Shown in pieces: positions 11,474 through 25,240 of a DNA stretch of 64,000 nucleotides; the stretch's first letter is position 1; the number at the start of each line of letters is the position of its first letter. The DNA comes from Octopus vulgaris (taxonomy: Eukaryota): positions 31,372,001 through 31,436,000 of the forward strand of contig OX597831.1 of NCBI GenBank assembly GCA_951406725.2, read 5' to 3'. Under the pieces are notes generated by a model. The model saw nothing but the letters and a program-made list of their open reading frames with translations, was not told the DNA's origin and did not search any database. The position numbers and the translations under genes were made by a program.

Positions 11474-14400
11474 CTAAAGGAAAAAGAAAACAAAAAAACT
11501 AACATGTCATATATGTAAGCTTCGTTTTTGTATTTGAGTACATTATAATGTTAATATTATATAAAAAGTATTATTTACATATTATATCATTATATATTAC
11601 ATATGATCTTAGATCTTATGTACATTATTTACAATTGACAGATATTTGTCCTCATCTTGTTTGTTGTTAACACAACGTTTCGGCTGGTATACCCTCCAGC
11701 CTTCATCAGCTGTCTTGGGGAAATTTCAAACCTGGGTTCTCGTTCCTAATGTATTTTTCGATGTTATTATCATTATCATTCATACCCGTGGGCATGGAAG
11801 CACTCCGTCGGTTACGACGACGTGGGTCCCGGTTGATCCGAATCAACGGAACAGCCTGCTCGTGAAATTAACGTGTAAGTGGCTGAGCACTCCACAGACA
11901 CGTGTACCCTTAATGTAGTTCTCGGGGATATTCAGCGTGACACAGAGAGTGACAAGGCCAGCCCTTTGAAATACAGGTACAACAGAAACAGGAAGTAAGA
12001 GTGAGAGAAAGTTGTGGTGAAAGAGTACAGCAGGGATCACCACCATCCCCTGCCGGAGCCTCGTGGAGCTTTTATGTGTTTTCGCTCAATAAACACTCAC
12101 AACGCCCGGTCTGGGAATCGAAACCGCAATCCTATGACCGCGAGTCCACTGCCCTAACCACTGGGCCATTGCGCCTCCACTGGGCATATGGCGTAGTAGT
12201 TAAAAGCGCGGGCTACTAACCCCAAGATTCCGAGTTCGACTCCAGGTGGTGACCTGAATAATAACAACAACATCGAAAAATACCTTAGGAATGAGAACCC
12301 AGGTTTGAAATTTCCCCAAGACAGCTGATGAAGGCTGGAGTGTATATCAGCCAAAACATTATGTTAACAACAAACAAGAGGGGGACAAATATGCATCAAT
12401 TGTAAATAAATCCTCATCTCTTAAATACAGACCTGTATGTTCTAATGTGTCATATTAAGGCAGTGAGCTGGCAGAATCATTAGCATGCTAGACAAAAGGC
12501 ATTTCATCTGTCTTTATGTCCTGAATTCAAATGCCACCAGGGTCAACTTTGCCTTTCACCTTTTTGTGGGGGTTGATGAATTAAGTACCAGTTGAATACT
12601 GGGGTCAATGTAATCGACTTAAAATTGCTGGCCTTGTGCCAAAATTTGAAACCATTATATATTATAATTAATATCATTATCATATAATATCATATAAAAG
12701 CAAAATTTCACCAACTCTGTAGTATTGCATTCAGTACTACATGTACAATGAATTTTGTAGCTAGAACTTCCCACCCAACACAACACACAAGCAGCCTTAT
12801 ACTCACTACAGTATGCAAAAACAATGTTACATCACTACCCACACTCCAAGGACAATATTCATTATTAGGTCTTCCTGTGTTGCTAAACACGTTGTGCAAC
12901 AAGTTTCCCCACTGGGTCTGATCAGCTGCTATTCTTCCATGTAATGTTGACTGTCTCCAGGACATCTTGAAAATGTCCACTGCCAAGTGATCTTCAATCT
13001 GTCTCTTTTACACCTCCTGTCAGGTGGTATCTAAATTTAGGCGGCGAGCTGGCAGAAACGTTAGCATGCCGAGCGAAATGCTTAGCGGTATTTCGTCTGC
13101 CGTTACGTTGAGTTCAAATTCCGCTGAGGTCAACTTTGCCTTTCATCCTTTCGGGGTCGATAAATAAAGTACCAGTTACGCACTGGAGCCAATGTAATCG
13201 ACTTAATACCTATGTCTGTCCTTGTTTGTCCCCTCTTTATTTAGCTCCTTGTGGGTAGTAAAGAAATAGGTATCTAAATCACAGCTGTTTAGAGTACCAT
13301 TGATCAGCTACACCAGAGGTTCCCAACCATTTTCATCCAAGGACCCCTTTGATTCCTATTTTATTCTACGTGACCACCATAGGCAATCGATGTTTAAAAA
13401 GAAATTCAATTACATTTTTATAATTAAAAGTTATTAGGAAATGCATTAAAAAGTTTGTTAAATCATTTCATGTACTGTTATGCTTCCATGTAATCTTGAA
13501 AATATAAACAATTTATTGTTTCCAGGACATCTTGAAAATATAAGCAATTTATTGCACATAAAATGTGGCAATAGAGCTGCCAGAAGGCATTTAATGTTAA
13601 TGAAACCAATGTTTGAAATTGGCGTGAACAGTATGACAAACTCAAAACTGTGCCTAGTAATAAACAGACAAAAATAAAACCATACAATCAAGATTATCCA
13701 TATCATTACATTTTTTTTCAGTCAGGAATATCCATATCACTATGTATGTCAATGGTGCTCCATTGTGATAGGTAGAAACTCCAAGCAATGTAAAATATGG
13801 CCTGGATCGTGTTTACCAGCATGAACGTCAGACTTTAAAGACTAGTTAACCACCCAGCATAAATAAAAGTCAACTTCATTGTATTTAAGCCATTATTTTT
13901 TCTGTAAAAAGCTATTCTGACACTAAATGAGTCAACTTCCAGTACAAATGTTTTTTTTCAACAAAAAAAAATTTCTGAAAAAATTCTGGAAAAAATCTAC
14001 TCATGTAATTTACATACCAACTAAAGTTTATTTTTATTTTTGCAAAAAAAGTACGTAAATTACATGTTTTTTTACAGTATTTTATCAAACCCAAAAGGAT
14101 GAAAGGTAAAGTCGACCTCAGCAACATTTTAACTCTTAATATAAATATGGATGAAATGTCGCTAAGTATTTTGCCTAGCATGCTAACAATTCTGCCAGCT
14201 CGCTGCCTTCAATAATGCACAATATTGAAACTACATCAACAGTACAACGGCCACACTACATAACGACAGAACCAAAACCACTATGAGCACAATCGATACT
14301 GCAATACAACAGCCAACAACATCACTACCCTCACATAGTCAGTGGCCCAAAACTACAACTAAAACCAATAAAGCAACAACACACACAGTACCACAGCACT

Positions 14401-17400
14401 ACATCCAACAGTACCACTGTCACTAACACAATGAGTACAACACTATCACCTACACTTCTGCTATCAACACACAGCCAGTACCCCCAACACCACCACCATC
14501 GCAATCAATACCACAATACTTATCACCTTACATCATGAAACCACATCATTACAGTTTAGTACTTACCAAGGTATTTGCTGTTTTCATCAATCTTTATCGA
14601 GAAGATGTACAGTTTGTTGGGTTTGCGGTGGTTAATTGATTTAAACACCATCTGTATTCGATCACCTGTCAGGGAAGAGAGAAAAGGTAGGAACATTATA
14701 AATATTACGGTAGATAATCATTCGCACTGAACTAATTCTATACACATCGCTAGAGTTACTTCAAAATCATTAATAATCTCATATTCTCAGAATTATGCAT
14801 CATCATTATTCAAGCCTTGTGAGTGGATTTTGTAGAAGGAAACTGTAAGAGCCAATCACACACACACACCTTGTACTTGTTTCAGTCATTAGACTGTGGC
14901 CATGCATTGGTACCACCTTGAAGAAGCTTCAGTTGAATGAATCAAGCCACAAACTTTTTTTTTTACTCCTGACACCTATTCTATTGATTTCCTTTGCAAA
15001 ACTGCTAAGTTACAAGGATGTAAACACACCAACACCAGTAGTTAAAAGTGGTGGTAGGGGATAAATACAGACACAAAGATGCACATACACATACATACAA
15101 TGGGCTTCTTTCAGTTTCCATCAACCAATTCCACTTTGATCAGCCCGAGGCTATAGAAGACACTTGACCAAGGTGCCACACAATGGGACTGAACCCAGAA
15201 CCATGTGGTTGGGAAGCAAGCTTCTTACCACACAGCCACATCTGTGTCTACTTTATATATAATTTTCTGGAACGTTTATTGCAGGATCAAGCATGGCTAT
15301 GTAGTTGAAACGCTTGCTTTCCATCAACGTAGTCTTGCATTCAGTCTTACAACAGGACACCTGAGGGAAGTGACTTTCTCTATAGTCCTGAGCCAACCAA
15401 AGCCTTGTCAGTGGTTCTGGCAAATGGAAATCGAAAGAAACCCATTGCATATGCATGTGGGCATGCATGCGCATGTGTGTGTGTTCACACACACTTTTGT
15501 CTTGATGTCAGGTGACAGTTGTAAATGAGCATCATCATCATACAAGCAATGTTCTTTATTTTCAGTCTTCCATGAAAAACATGTGGCCATGGGGAAATAT
15601 AACCTTCCTTGAAAACAGGTGAGGTTGGTGACAAGCAGGGCACTTGGCAGTAAAAACTCTGCATCAAAAGATTTCGTCTGGCACATGCACACAGGGAAAA
15701 GTAGATGACGTTAGATGATGATGATATGTGTGTGTACACATGCATTTTACTGTCTCCTTGCCATGACATTGTGCGTGAGTTGTAGGTAAATATCACCATC
15801 ATATAAAGCAGTGTCCTTCATTTCTAGTCTCCCTCAAAAACATGTCCGGTCATGGGGAAATATTACCTTACTTGTAAACAAGTGAAAGTTGGGAACAAAA
15901 AGGGCAGCCAGCTGTGGAAATTCCACCTCAACAAATTCTGTCTGATCGATTCAAGGATGGAAAAATGGACATTAGAATTATGACAATGTTGATGACTTTC
16001 ATGCTGGCATGGATTGGGTGGGTTGTCACAGTGCAAGTAATTATGTAGAGTTACTCCTTTGATGTGTCAGGTGACCACAACTTGTTTAAACTTTGCATTT
16101 TTTTTTTGTATGATTTTTATGATTAGATGCTCTTCCCAACACCAAATACTTCATAGAAATGGGTTCATTTTATCATGGCACCAACAGTAGAAAGACTGTC
16201 ATGTCTTCAGACAAACTAAAGGGTTCTCCTGACTCAATGTTGTCACCACTCTTTCATTAACCTCTTTACAGTGTACAAGGGTTGTATTTTATTGTGGCAA
16301 AATATGTAAATGACAAATTTGCTTTAAAGCATTTAAATTACTATCTTCAATTTGGTTTTAAAAACTTGCTATCTTGAATTCAGTTTGCATGCCTTTCCTC
16401 AACTATGATTAATGACTGAAAGAGAACAACAGTGAAATCAAACAACTGAAATAGGATTCCTCCAAAGGATCTCTAGCGTAACATTATTTGACAGGGTACA
16501 AAGCTCAGATGCCAAGGTGTCTCTCCAAATCAGGCTTCTGCATTGAGAGGTCACAACTCTGGCACTATAGGCATGTGATTAGAATGTTGACAGGAAAGAA
16601 CCACAAGACAGTTTCTTCAAACCAAACCAAGCCAACCAACAGAAAAACCTAGGAGTAGACTAATAACAAGATGGATAATATCCGACTCAGTTGGCCACAC
16701 TTAGAAATCCAGCTGGAAAGTGCATTAACAGTAGCTTCTGATAGGGCCCAATGGAGATGGAACATGAGGACTCTACTTCTAACCCTCCCAGCAGACAGAA
16801 AATGGATGGATGGATGGAACTTCAATTTACTCAGAGAAGAGGCAGCAGTAATACTGCTCCAACCAGACATGTTCCTGTTACTGAAGAGTGCAAAAATAAT
16901 CAATGTGGTTGAACTTGCAGAGCCCTAGGAGGGCAGGCTCAACATTTCTCACCAGTGGAAGGAAACCAAATATCAGGACTTGGTCAAAGAAGCACTAATT
17001 AAAGAATGGTACATGACCTCATTCCCTATCAAAGTCAGCCACCCTGGCTTTCTAACTAGGTCAGTGTGCCACTTCTTGCAGAAGACAGATCTCGAATCCA
17101 GACAACTAAAGAAAGCCATTAACCCTTTAGTGTTTAAACCGGCCATATCCGGCCCAAATATTCTATGTTTTATATTCAAACTGGCGATATCTGGCCTCTC
17201 ACACCTAATCTACATTGACATTTTAAAAATAAACAATCCCATCATTGAAACCTCAAAAACTATAAGATAATGCAGGATTAATTAAAAACAATTTGAGTAA
17301 AAAAATATTACATTTAACAGAGTAATCTGAACACTAAAGAGTTAAGGAGATTAGCATGGCAGCTGAAACCAGCTCAAGATGGCTGTAGTTCACAAGAGAC

Positions 17401-20400
17401 TGTACATGGAACTCATCTACAGGTGTAAGCTAATTCAGACCTCACTGCCCAACTCAGGCAACGCTTACATGCCAAAGGATGAAACACTTGTGATCCTGAG
17501 ATGCCTGCTAATAATACAGAAGGGTTTCTGACATTGCAATGGATTCAGAAGAGCTTGCAATACCTTCTGAGTAGTCCCTGTGGTTTTTGTATGCTGCAAA
17601 GCATCGCCAATGTTTATTTTGTTGGCATTAATTAGTGCTCATTTAAATTAGATCATGTAATCACCAACATTTGGCAAAAGTAAAAATATTATTAATAAAC
17701 CTGTGTAATACCAACTTATATAACTCACAGTGGTAAAAGTATATTCCAAACATTACTCATAATATGAAGAGAAACATCTGGTATGTACATAATCATAATA
17801 CTATCAAAATTCCAATTAAAGAGTCTTGCTTCTTGATTGGAGACCAGCTCGTTCTCTTGTGGAAAAGAATTTTTAAAATATGTAACCAGACTAACATACA
17901 TAATATTGTGCAAAATATCTCTCTTAAAATGTGCAACACCACTTGTGAAACTCTCTTGTCTGTTGCTGCAAAGCTATTAAATATAAAATCATCTGGAGAA
18001 AAGTGAATGCTAGTATCAAAAGTTCATGTTCTATGAGAAAACTTGTGTTAACCTGTTCAAATAAAAATAAAAATAAAAGAAACAAGGATGCTGAATTTGA
18101 TGGGTTTAGGCCAGACTTGCTGGCAATTACACAGACAACACTAGAAGATGTATGTGGCAAAAAACTACAGAAGCAAACTAAAAGTTTTATGTATAAACTG
18201 TACACAGGTTGCTCGAATGTATTTTACCAAGATTACTATGAAGAAAACAAAAGCAATGTTATGACTGGAGTAGGCAAGAGGGAAGGAAGAAGTCTGACAC
18301 TGTATCAGACAGCCCTTATTCAATGCTTTCCTTCAAGGAATTAGATAGTATCACAAGTCTAGTGATAATATAGGTAGATAGACTATGTGAAAGAATTTGA
18401 TTGAACTTTGCACATGGATACTAGAGTCATTGTACCTTACCAATGTTCCACCTGTAACAAATTTTTTATCTTTTAATCTATAGTCAGTGTCATTTCCACT
18501 GAGTTGCTGAAGCAAAAATATACATATATACACAAATACACACACACAAATACACACACACACACAATATACACATAGATATATACACATACACAAACAT
18601 ATACGCACATATATATATACACACACACACAAATATGTAAACAGACATCATCATCATCATTGTTTAACGTCCGCTTTCCATGCTAGCATGGGTTGGACAA
18701 TTTGACTGAGAACTGGCGAACCTGATGGCTGCACCAGGCTCCAATCTTGATCTGGCAGAGTTTCTACAGCTGGGTGCCCTTTCTAACGCCAGCCACTCCG
18801 AGAGTATAGTGGGTGCTTTTACGTGCCACCGTTACAAGAGCCAGTCAGGCAGTACTGGCAATGGCCACGCTCAAGTGGTGTTTTTTTTTAAATATAAAGA
18901 CACGTGTATGCATGTATACACATGCATAATTACCATGAATGTTATAGAAGGAAAACAAAAACACAACTGCTCAAACCTGAAGAATTATTACTCTATGAAT
19001 TAAATATATATAAAAAAAAAAAAAGTAAAATAAAACCATATTTTGCCAGTGAAATTATTTTAAGATTTCAATCTAAAATCTCTGAAGCAAATATTGAGTT
19101 CTAGAAGATGATCAGAAAACATCTTTGAGACATCAGCTTTAATACCACCACAACTTATGAAAATATCAGCGCTACTTAGCTGAAACTAGATTACATAAGC
19201 TTGAAACCCATGTTCTAAACCATTCACAAGTCATTCAACCAAGTCTAATGGACCTTCAGCTTTTTTGCCTAAAGACAAATTTGCAATTTATGGCAGAAAT
19301 ATTTGCTATCTTATTTACAGAAATTTTTTTTCTTGTAATTTTTTAGGTTTTTTTTTTGTTTTTTTTTTTTTTTGCCTTCTCTCCTTCATCTTTTTGATAT
19401 TACATTTAATAGAATACAAAACAATACGATACAATACAATACAATCCCCCCCCCACAAAAAAGAAGAAAAAAATTAAATCACCTTGCTGCTTCTTATCAT
19501 TAGTTTCTTTTAAAATACGAAAGAGAAAGACTTTGTGGCAAAGTAATAAAAGATTCACATTACAACAAAGTGCTTTTCCAATTGTGACAAGAACAATGTC
19601 TGTTCGTCTTGGCCAATGTGAGTTAATTCATCGGTTATTTATAAATGTGTTTTTCGTATTTCATTAATTTTTATTATACTTTATAATCATCATCATCATT
19701 TAAATTATTATTTAAATTATTATTTAAATTATTATTACTATTATTATTATTATTATTATTATTATTCCTTAAACTATTATTATTATTATTATTTAGATTA
19801 ATTCCCCCAACCTAATGTCAAACCAGGGATATTTACTGAATGAAATCTCAACAGCCACTTCACTCTCCACTAACAATTGATAGAGGTGGTCTTTCAATTT
19901 TGCCCTAAGAATTTGTCCACTGCCCTCACGACCACCTTCCCATCACAACACCATAGCAACAGCAGGCATATTCGGAAATATACGCAAACCAAAAATGGAA
20001 TAAAAATCAAGCCTTACTATATTAATATTTTTTCATTATTTTCGTTAATATCTCATTATCTGTTTCACACCTCTCCTTTTTCTTTTTGTTGTTGTTGTTG
20101 TTGTCAGCCAAATATTAGTTGATTTAAATTTTTTTTTTAAATTCCATTTCTATATTTCTATATTTATTTCTTATTTCATTATTTTTATTTTTTATTTTTT
20201 TTTTTTTTGTTAATGCTTTCTATAATTGAAAGGAAGTCATGAGGAGATTGAACTCCTGGTGATGTTGCTGATAATTTCTGGATGGAAAACTTGGAGGAAT
20301 CGGGGATGGGGGTGGGGGCACTAAAATGGTTTCTGGTTGCTTGGTCCAAACCCACAAGAGCAAGCATAGGGGGTTAACACTAATAGTAAACAAGATAATG

Positions 20401-23400
20401 AATTAACCCCAAATTATAATTCAACTCGACATTCTAACTGTTTAGTATTTAAACTGGCCGTATCCAGCCCTAATATGCTACATGTTTTGCATTATATTTG
20501 CGAGAATTATCTGAATACCATGGGTTAAAACTATGAACTCTACCTCCTTATGAAACAAGCTCATTGTAAGTTAAATATTATTCTTGTTGATGTTTAGCTC
20601 CAACTGAGCAGTTCAGTAATCAAATGACCAAAAGGCAATCCAACTGTGACCATCCCATCATGCTATTCATATTTTAATAGCTGTTCCTATACCCTTTTCC
20701 TCATATCTATTTCTCACTCTTTTATTCCTTCCAGCAAGTTTCCTCATCATCATCATTTTAATGCCCACACGAGTCAGACAGATTTTGTCAACAGATTTCC
20801 TTCAACTGAATGCTCATCATATTACCAACCCTCATTGTTTCCAAGCAAGGGGATTCTTCCTTAAAGGATTAGAAAGAAATGACTTCACAGTCATGGTCAC
20901 ACTCATAGCTATACAACATCAAGACAAGGAAACACACACACACACTAAAATCTTCTAAGACTGGTCAACTTCGTCCTATAAAAAACATTTGCCAAGGTAT
21001 CATACAGTGGGACTGAACCTGAAACCAGATGGTTGGGTAATGGACTTTTTAATTGCATAGTCATACCTTACACCTCAAGAGGAGTCCACAAAGTTAGAAA
21101 ATTTCACAGATTGTGAAAAAAAGAACACCTCTCATCCATGAGTCATGTTATTGCTCAGGCAATGTTGCCACTCCTGTTAAATTAAAGATTAAATCTACCC
21201 AGGAACAAATGGAAATTTGCCATATGGTGTAGTGAGAAGCTTGCTCCCCAACCAGTTCTGGGTTCAGTCCCACTGCATGGCACCTTGGGCAAGTGTCTTC
21301 TGCTATAGTTTCAGGTTGTCCAAAGCTGACATCAACCACATTCAGATGGTGCTTTTGACATGCCACCGGCATGGGTATCACAACTACAATTTCCATTTGA
21401 TTTTTATTTTGATGTACTTGACTCAATAGGTCTCCTCAAGCACTGTAGGTCACCCTACGATCCAAGGTGCTTTTGAATGGGCTGGGGCTGGTTATGCGAA
21501 ACTAGTGTCGGATACAGCCATGAACTCACTTTATTTGCCGGGTCTTCGCAGTCACAGCATATTTCTAGGGGTCTTAGTCTTTCGTCATTGCCTCTGTGAG
21601 GCCCAACATTCAATGGTCATGCTTGACCACCTCATCCCCATGTCTTCCTGGGTCTACCTCTACCCTGGATCATTTGGGAGTGACACTTCTTCACACATCT
21701 CTCTTCATCCATCTGTAGTACATGACCATACCAACGCAAATATCTCTCTTCCACACCACAACCGATGCTTCTTATGTCCAACATTTCTCTCGGGGCACTT
21801 ACACTCTGTCATGTGTGCACACTGACATTGCACATCCAGTGGATCATTTCTTTCGAACCTATACAAGTCCTTCGCAGTCACGACCCATGTTTCACTGCCG
21901 TGAAGCATAGCAGTTTGCACACATGCATCATACAATCTACCTTTCACACTGAGCGAGAGGCCCTTTATCACCAGTAGGGGTAGAAGCTTTCTAAACTTTG
22001 CCCAGGCTATTCTTATTCTAGTGGTAACACATGTATATATATATATACAAGATAAGAAAATGGAGAAATACATCTAAATCAAATATCAATTACCAGATAA
22101 TACTCAATCACATACTTTATTAAACCACCACATAAGAGACTGTAGGGTTAAATATAAAAAAGCAGAACAAATCAGTGTACATAAAGGAATGTACATAAAA
22201 GAGTAATATTGTATAATAAGTAGCATATATATAAAAGAGAATATAAATATAAGTATAGATTACACACAATCATTAACATTTATGTATTAACTTTGTTGGG
22301 TACTTCACTAGCAGTATATTGGATATATGTTATAATAATAATAATAATAATAATAATAATTGTGTACAGTGCTCAGGTGCACTACAACTCATCTAAAGTG
22401 TATATATAATCAGGTGAAGTTTCGGCGGATTTCGGAAAGCATGAGGGCCTTAAAAGATGCAGTGTCATGGCAGTCAACAACTGACGCAGGCAGTTTATTC
22501 CATGCTTCAGCAACTCTGAGCGTGAAAAAATGTTTCCGAAAGTCATGGGAGCTGTATTGTTTTCTGACTTTGTAGGCATGTCCACGTGTGTTAGACACAT
22601 GGAGATCAAAAAGGTGTTCAGTGTTGTTGTTGGTGAGGTGGTTGATAACTTTGTGGGTGTTTACCAAGTCCGTCGCCAAACGCCGGAGCTTCAGTGAATC
22701 CATGCCCAGGGAAACAAGGCGCTCAGAATATGGTAGGTGTCTGATGGAGGGTATGCGTTTGGTTGCACGTCTCTGGACAGATTCCAGGAGGTCAATGTTC
22801 TGTGCAAGATAGGGGTTCCAAATTGATGATGCGAATTCCAAGTGTGGTCGTACCATAGCTGTATACAGTTTTAAATAGATGGCTGGAGAGCGGCTAACAA
22901 AAGACCTGCTGAGTGATGCCAAGACACCCTCGGCCTTCCTGACAATCTTAGAGATATGCTTTGACCAACGCAAATCACTGCTGACAGTGATGCCTAGGTC
23001 ACGCTCGCAAGAGGATTTCTTGATATCAGTGTTGTGGAGGGAGTATGTGAACGCAGGGTTTTTTCTCCCAAAATGCATGGTGGTACACTTGTCCACAGCC
23101 AGTTTCAGTTGCCAGTCTGTGATCCATTGCTGCATTTCCCATGGAGGGTTGCATTTACAACCCCTATCTCAATTTGTATATATATATATATATATATATA
23201 TGATGAAACTGGTTCATAAGAGGCTGCTGTTGGTCTGCACTGACAAGACTTTTGCAGTAAAATTAATAAAAAGCATACAATGAAGTTACCATGAGCAGTG
23301 GAAAATCTAACATTTCAGGAAGAGTCCTTCTTCGGGGAAAAGTTAAGAGGAGACAAATAAATGAGAGACAGAGTTTTACGTTTTCTAAGGTGAAATTATT

Positions 23401-25020
23401 TCTTTCTTTCTTTTCAACTTCTCCAAGAAGGAGGACACTGTCTGAAGCATTGAACTTGCCACTCCTCATGGTAAGTCCATTGTACTCTTTCAATATATAT
23501 AAATATATATATAATACATATATCAATAATAAGGAGAATGGAGATTTGCACATCAATAATTTATTTTTTTAGTCATTTACAGCATATCATCATGACCTAT
23601 GCATGTTTCCACTGCAGTGATTGCATATTGTTGCAAATGCAACCTTGCAATATTATCAGTCATGTGCATTGTGAACTGCCGTAGTTGTAGGTGGAGCACA
23701 TTCTTGAAATAGATCAAGGCTGTCTTTGTTATTGTTTTTGCAGTATTGTCTACTTAGAAGTACTTTGTTAGCTTTGATTCATTTTTGGGGGCTTTGGTTG
23801 CTCATTTATTAGTATTGTATTCATTTAAACTAACTAAAAATCTATTTGTACGCATGAAGACATCTCAGTGCTTGTTCTTAAGTGTTTACTCATGTATATT
23901 TTGAAGATTTTGGTACAGTTCTTCCACACATAAGTCACATCTCTTTCCACCTATTTTATAAGCTTTAGCGGCACTAATTATTTCCCAATAAATATTATTT
24001 ACCACTCTGTAGTATTAGAAATATTTTTGGTATAATTGTTTGTAGGACAAGTCAAGTTTCAGTAATGGTTTTCTCCCTTAGGCGAGCTGGCAGAAGCATC
24101 AGCACACCGGGCGAAATGCTTAGCAGTATTTCGTCTGTCGCTACGTTCTGAGTTCAAATTCTGCTGAGGTCGACTTTGCCTTTCATCCTTTCGGGGTCGA
24201 TTAAATAAGTACCAGTTACGCACTGGGGGGTCGATATAATCGACTTAATCCGTTTGTCTGTCCTTGTTTGTCCCCTCTACGTTTAGCCCCTTGTGGGTAG
24301 TATAGAAATAGGTTTTCTCCTCTACTAAGGTGCAGCTTATTAATGCTTCTAATTGTTATTCTGGTTATTTAATTCTGTATGGGGTACAAATCCCTTTAAA
24401 TCCCAACACTTCCTTTTATCGTCAGGTACTCTGTGGCAAAATTCTATGTTTTCAAACTTCCCACCTTTATAGGCATCCTCCCTGTCTTCCCTAGGTAGTC
24501 TGTGGTGCTGTTTAGGTTATCAAGTATTCTGTAACTAATGTTAGGATTGTCTATCTTACTATATGCATTTATTCTATCAGTGTTTCTGATGCAGAATTTT
24601 CATTTTTCCATGTATCCCACCTTCTCTAGTGCTAAGTTATAGAAATCTTCATTTAATTTGAATATTTCTTTGTTTGCTGAAAGATCTGAAATCTGGGTAG
24701 ATATTTGTTCTATTATTGATTGGGTTATACACCTAGGGTGATTACAACTTTTGTGTATGTACTTAGGGTTTGCATTTGGTTTGTGATATGGCTTGTATAT
24801 TCCAGTACTTAGATCTAGCGTAACATCTAGTAAGTGAGTTATGTTCTTCTTCTATTGATATAGAAAGCCCTACCTTCTTAAAAAAAATTTCTTCCTATTT
24901 TTCCTGATTATGCACCCCTTATTCCTTCGAAATTAGGAATTAAGATTCCTAATATATATATATCATCATCATCATCATTTAGCGTCCGCTAAATGATGAT
25001 GATGATTATATATATATATA

Positions 25021-25076
<56 letters not shown>

Positions 25077-25204
25077 GAATCTTAATTCCTAATTTCGAAG
25101 GAATAAGGGTGCATAATCAGGAAAAATAGGAAGAAATTATTTTTAAGAAGGTAGGGCTTTCTATATCAATAGAAGAAGAACATAACTCACTTACTTGATG
25201 TTAC

Positions 25205-25240
<36 letters not shown>

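Noticed and set aside
12182-12254. Functional tRNA gene
   Set aside because: Acceptor stem does not pair well and it runs into a repeat body; treated as a SINE-like head. The same applies to the heads of SINEs A, B and C.
14210-14530. Thr-rich mucin-like stretch
   Set aside because: Low-complexity CA-rich intronic sequence without an open frame or splice sites.
18003-18344. 113-aa plus-strand ORF
   Set aside because: No recognisable domain or splice context; AT-rich intronic sequence.
18441-18451. 11-nt micro-exon on the minus strand (ttacag GTGGAACATTG gtaagg)
   Set aside because: Would frameshift SPC25, weak polypyrimidine tract, no other support.
23590-23670. Possible SECIS-like hairpin near the PLE relic
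   Set aside because: Could not establish the AUGA/GA quartet with proper helix spacing, and there is no linked UGA-containing ORF.
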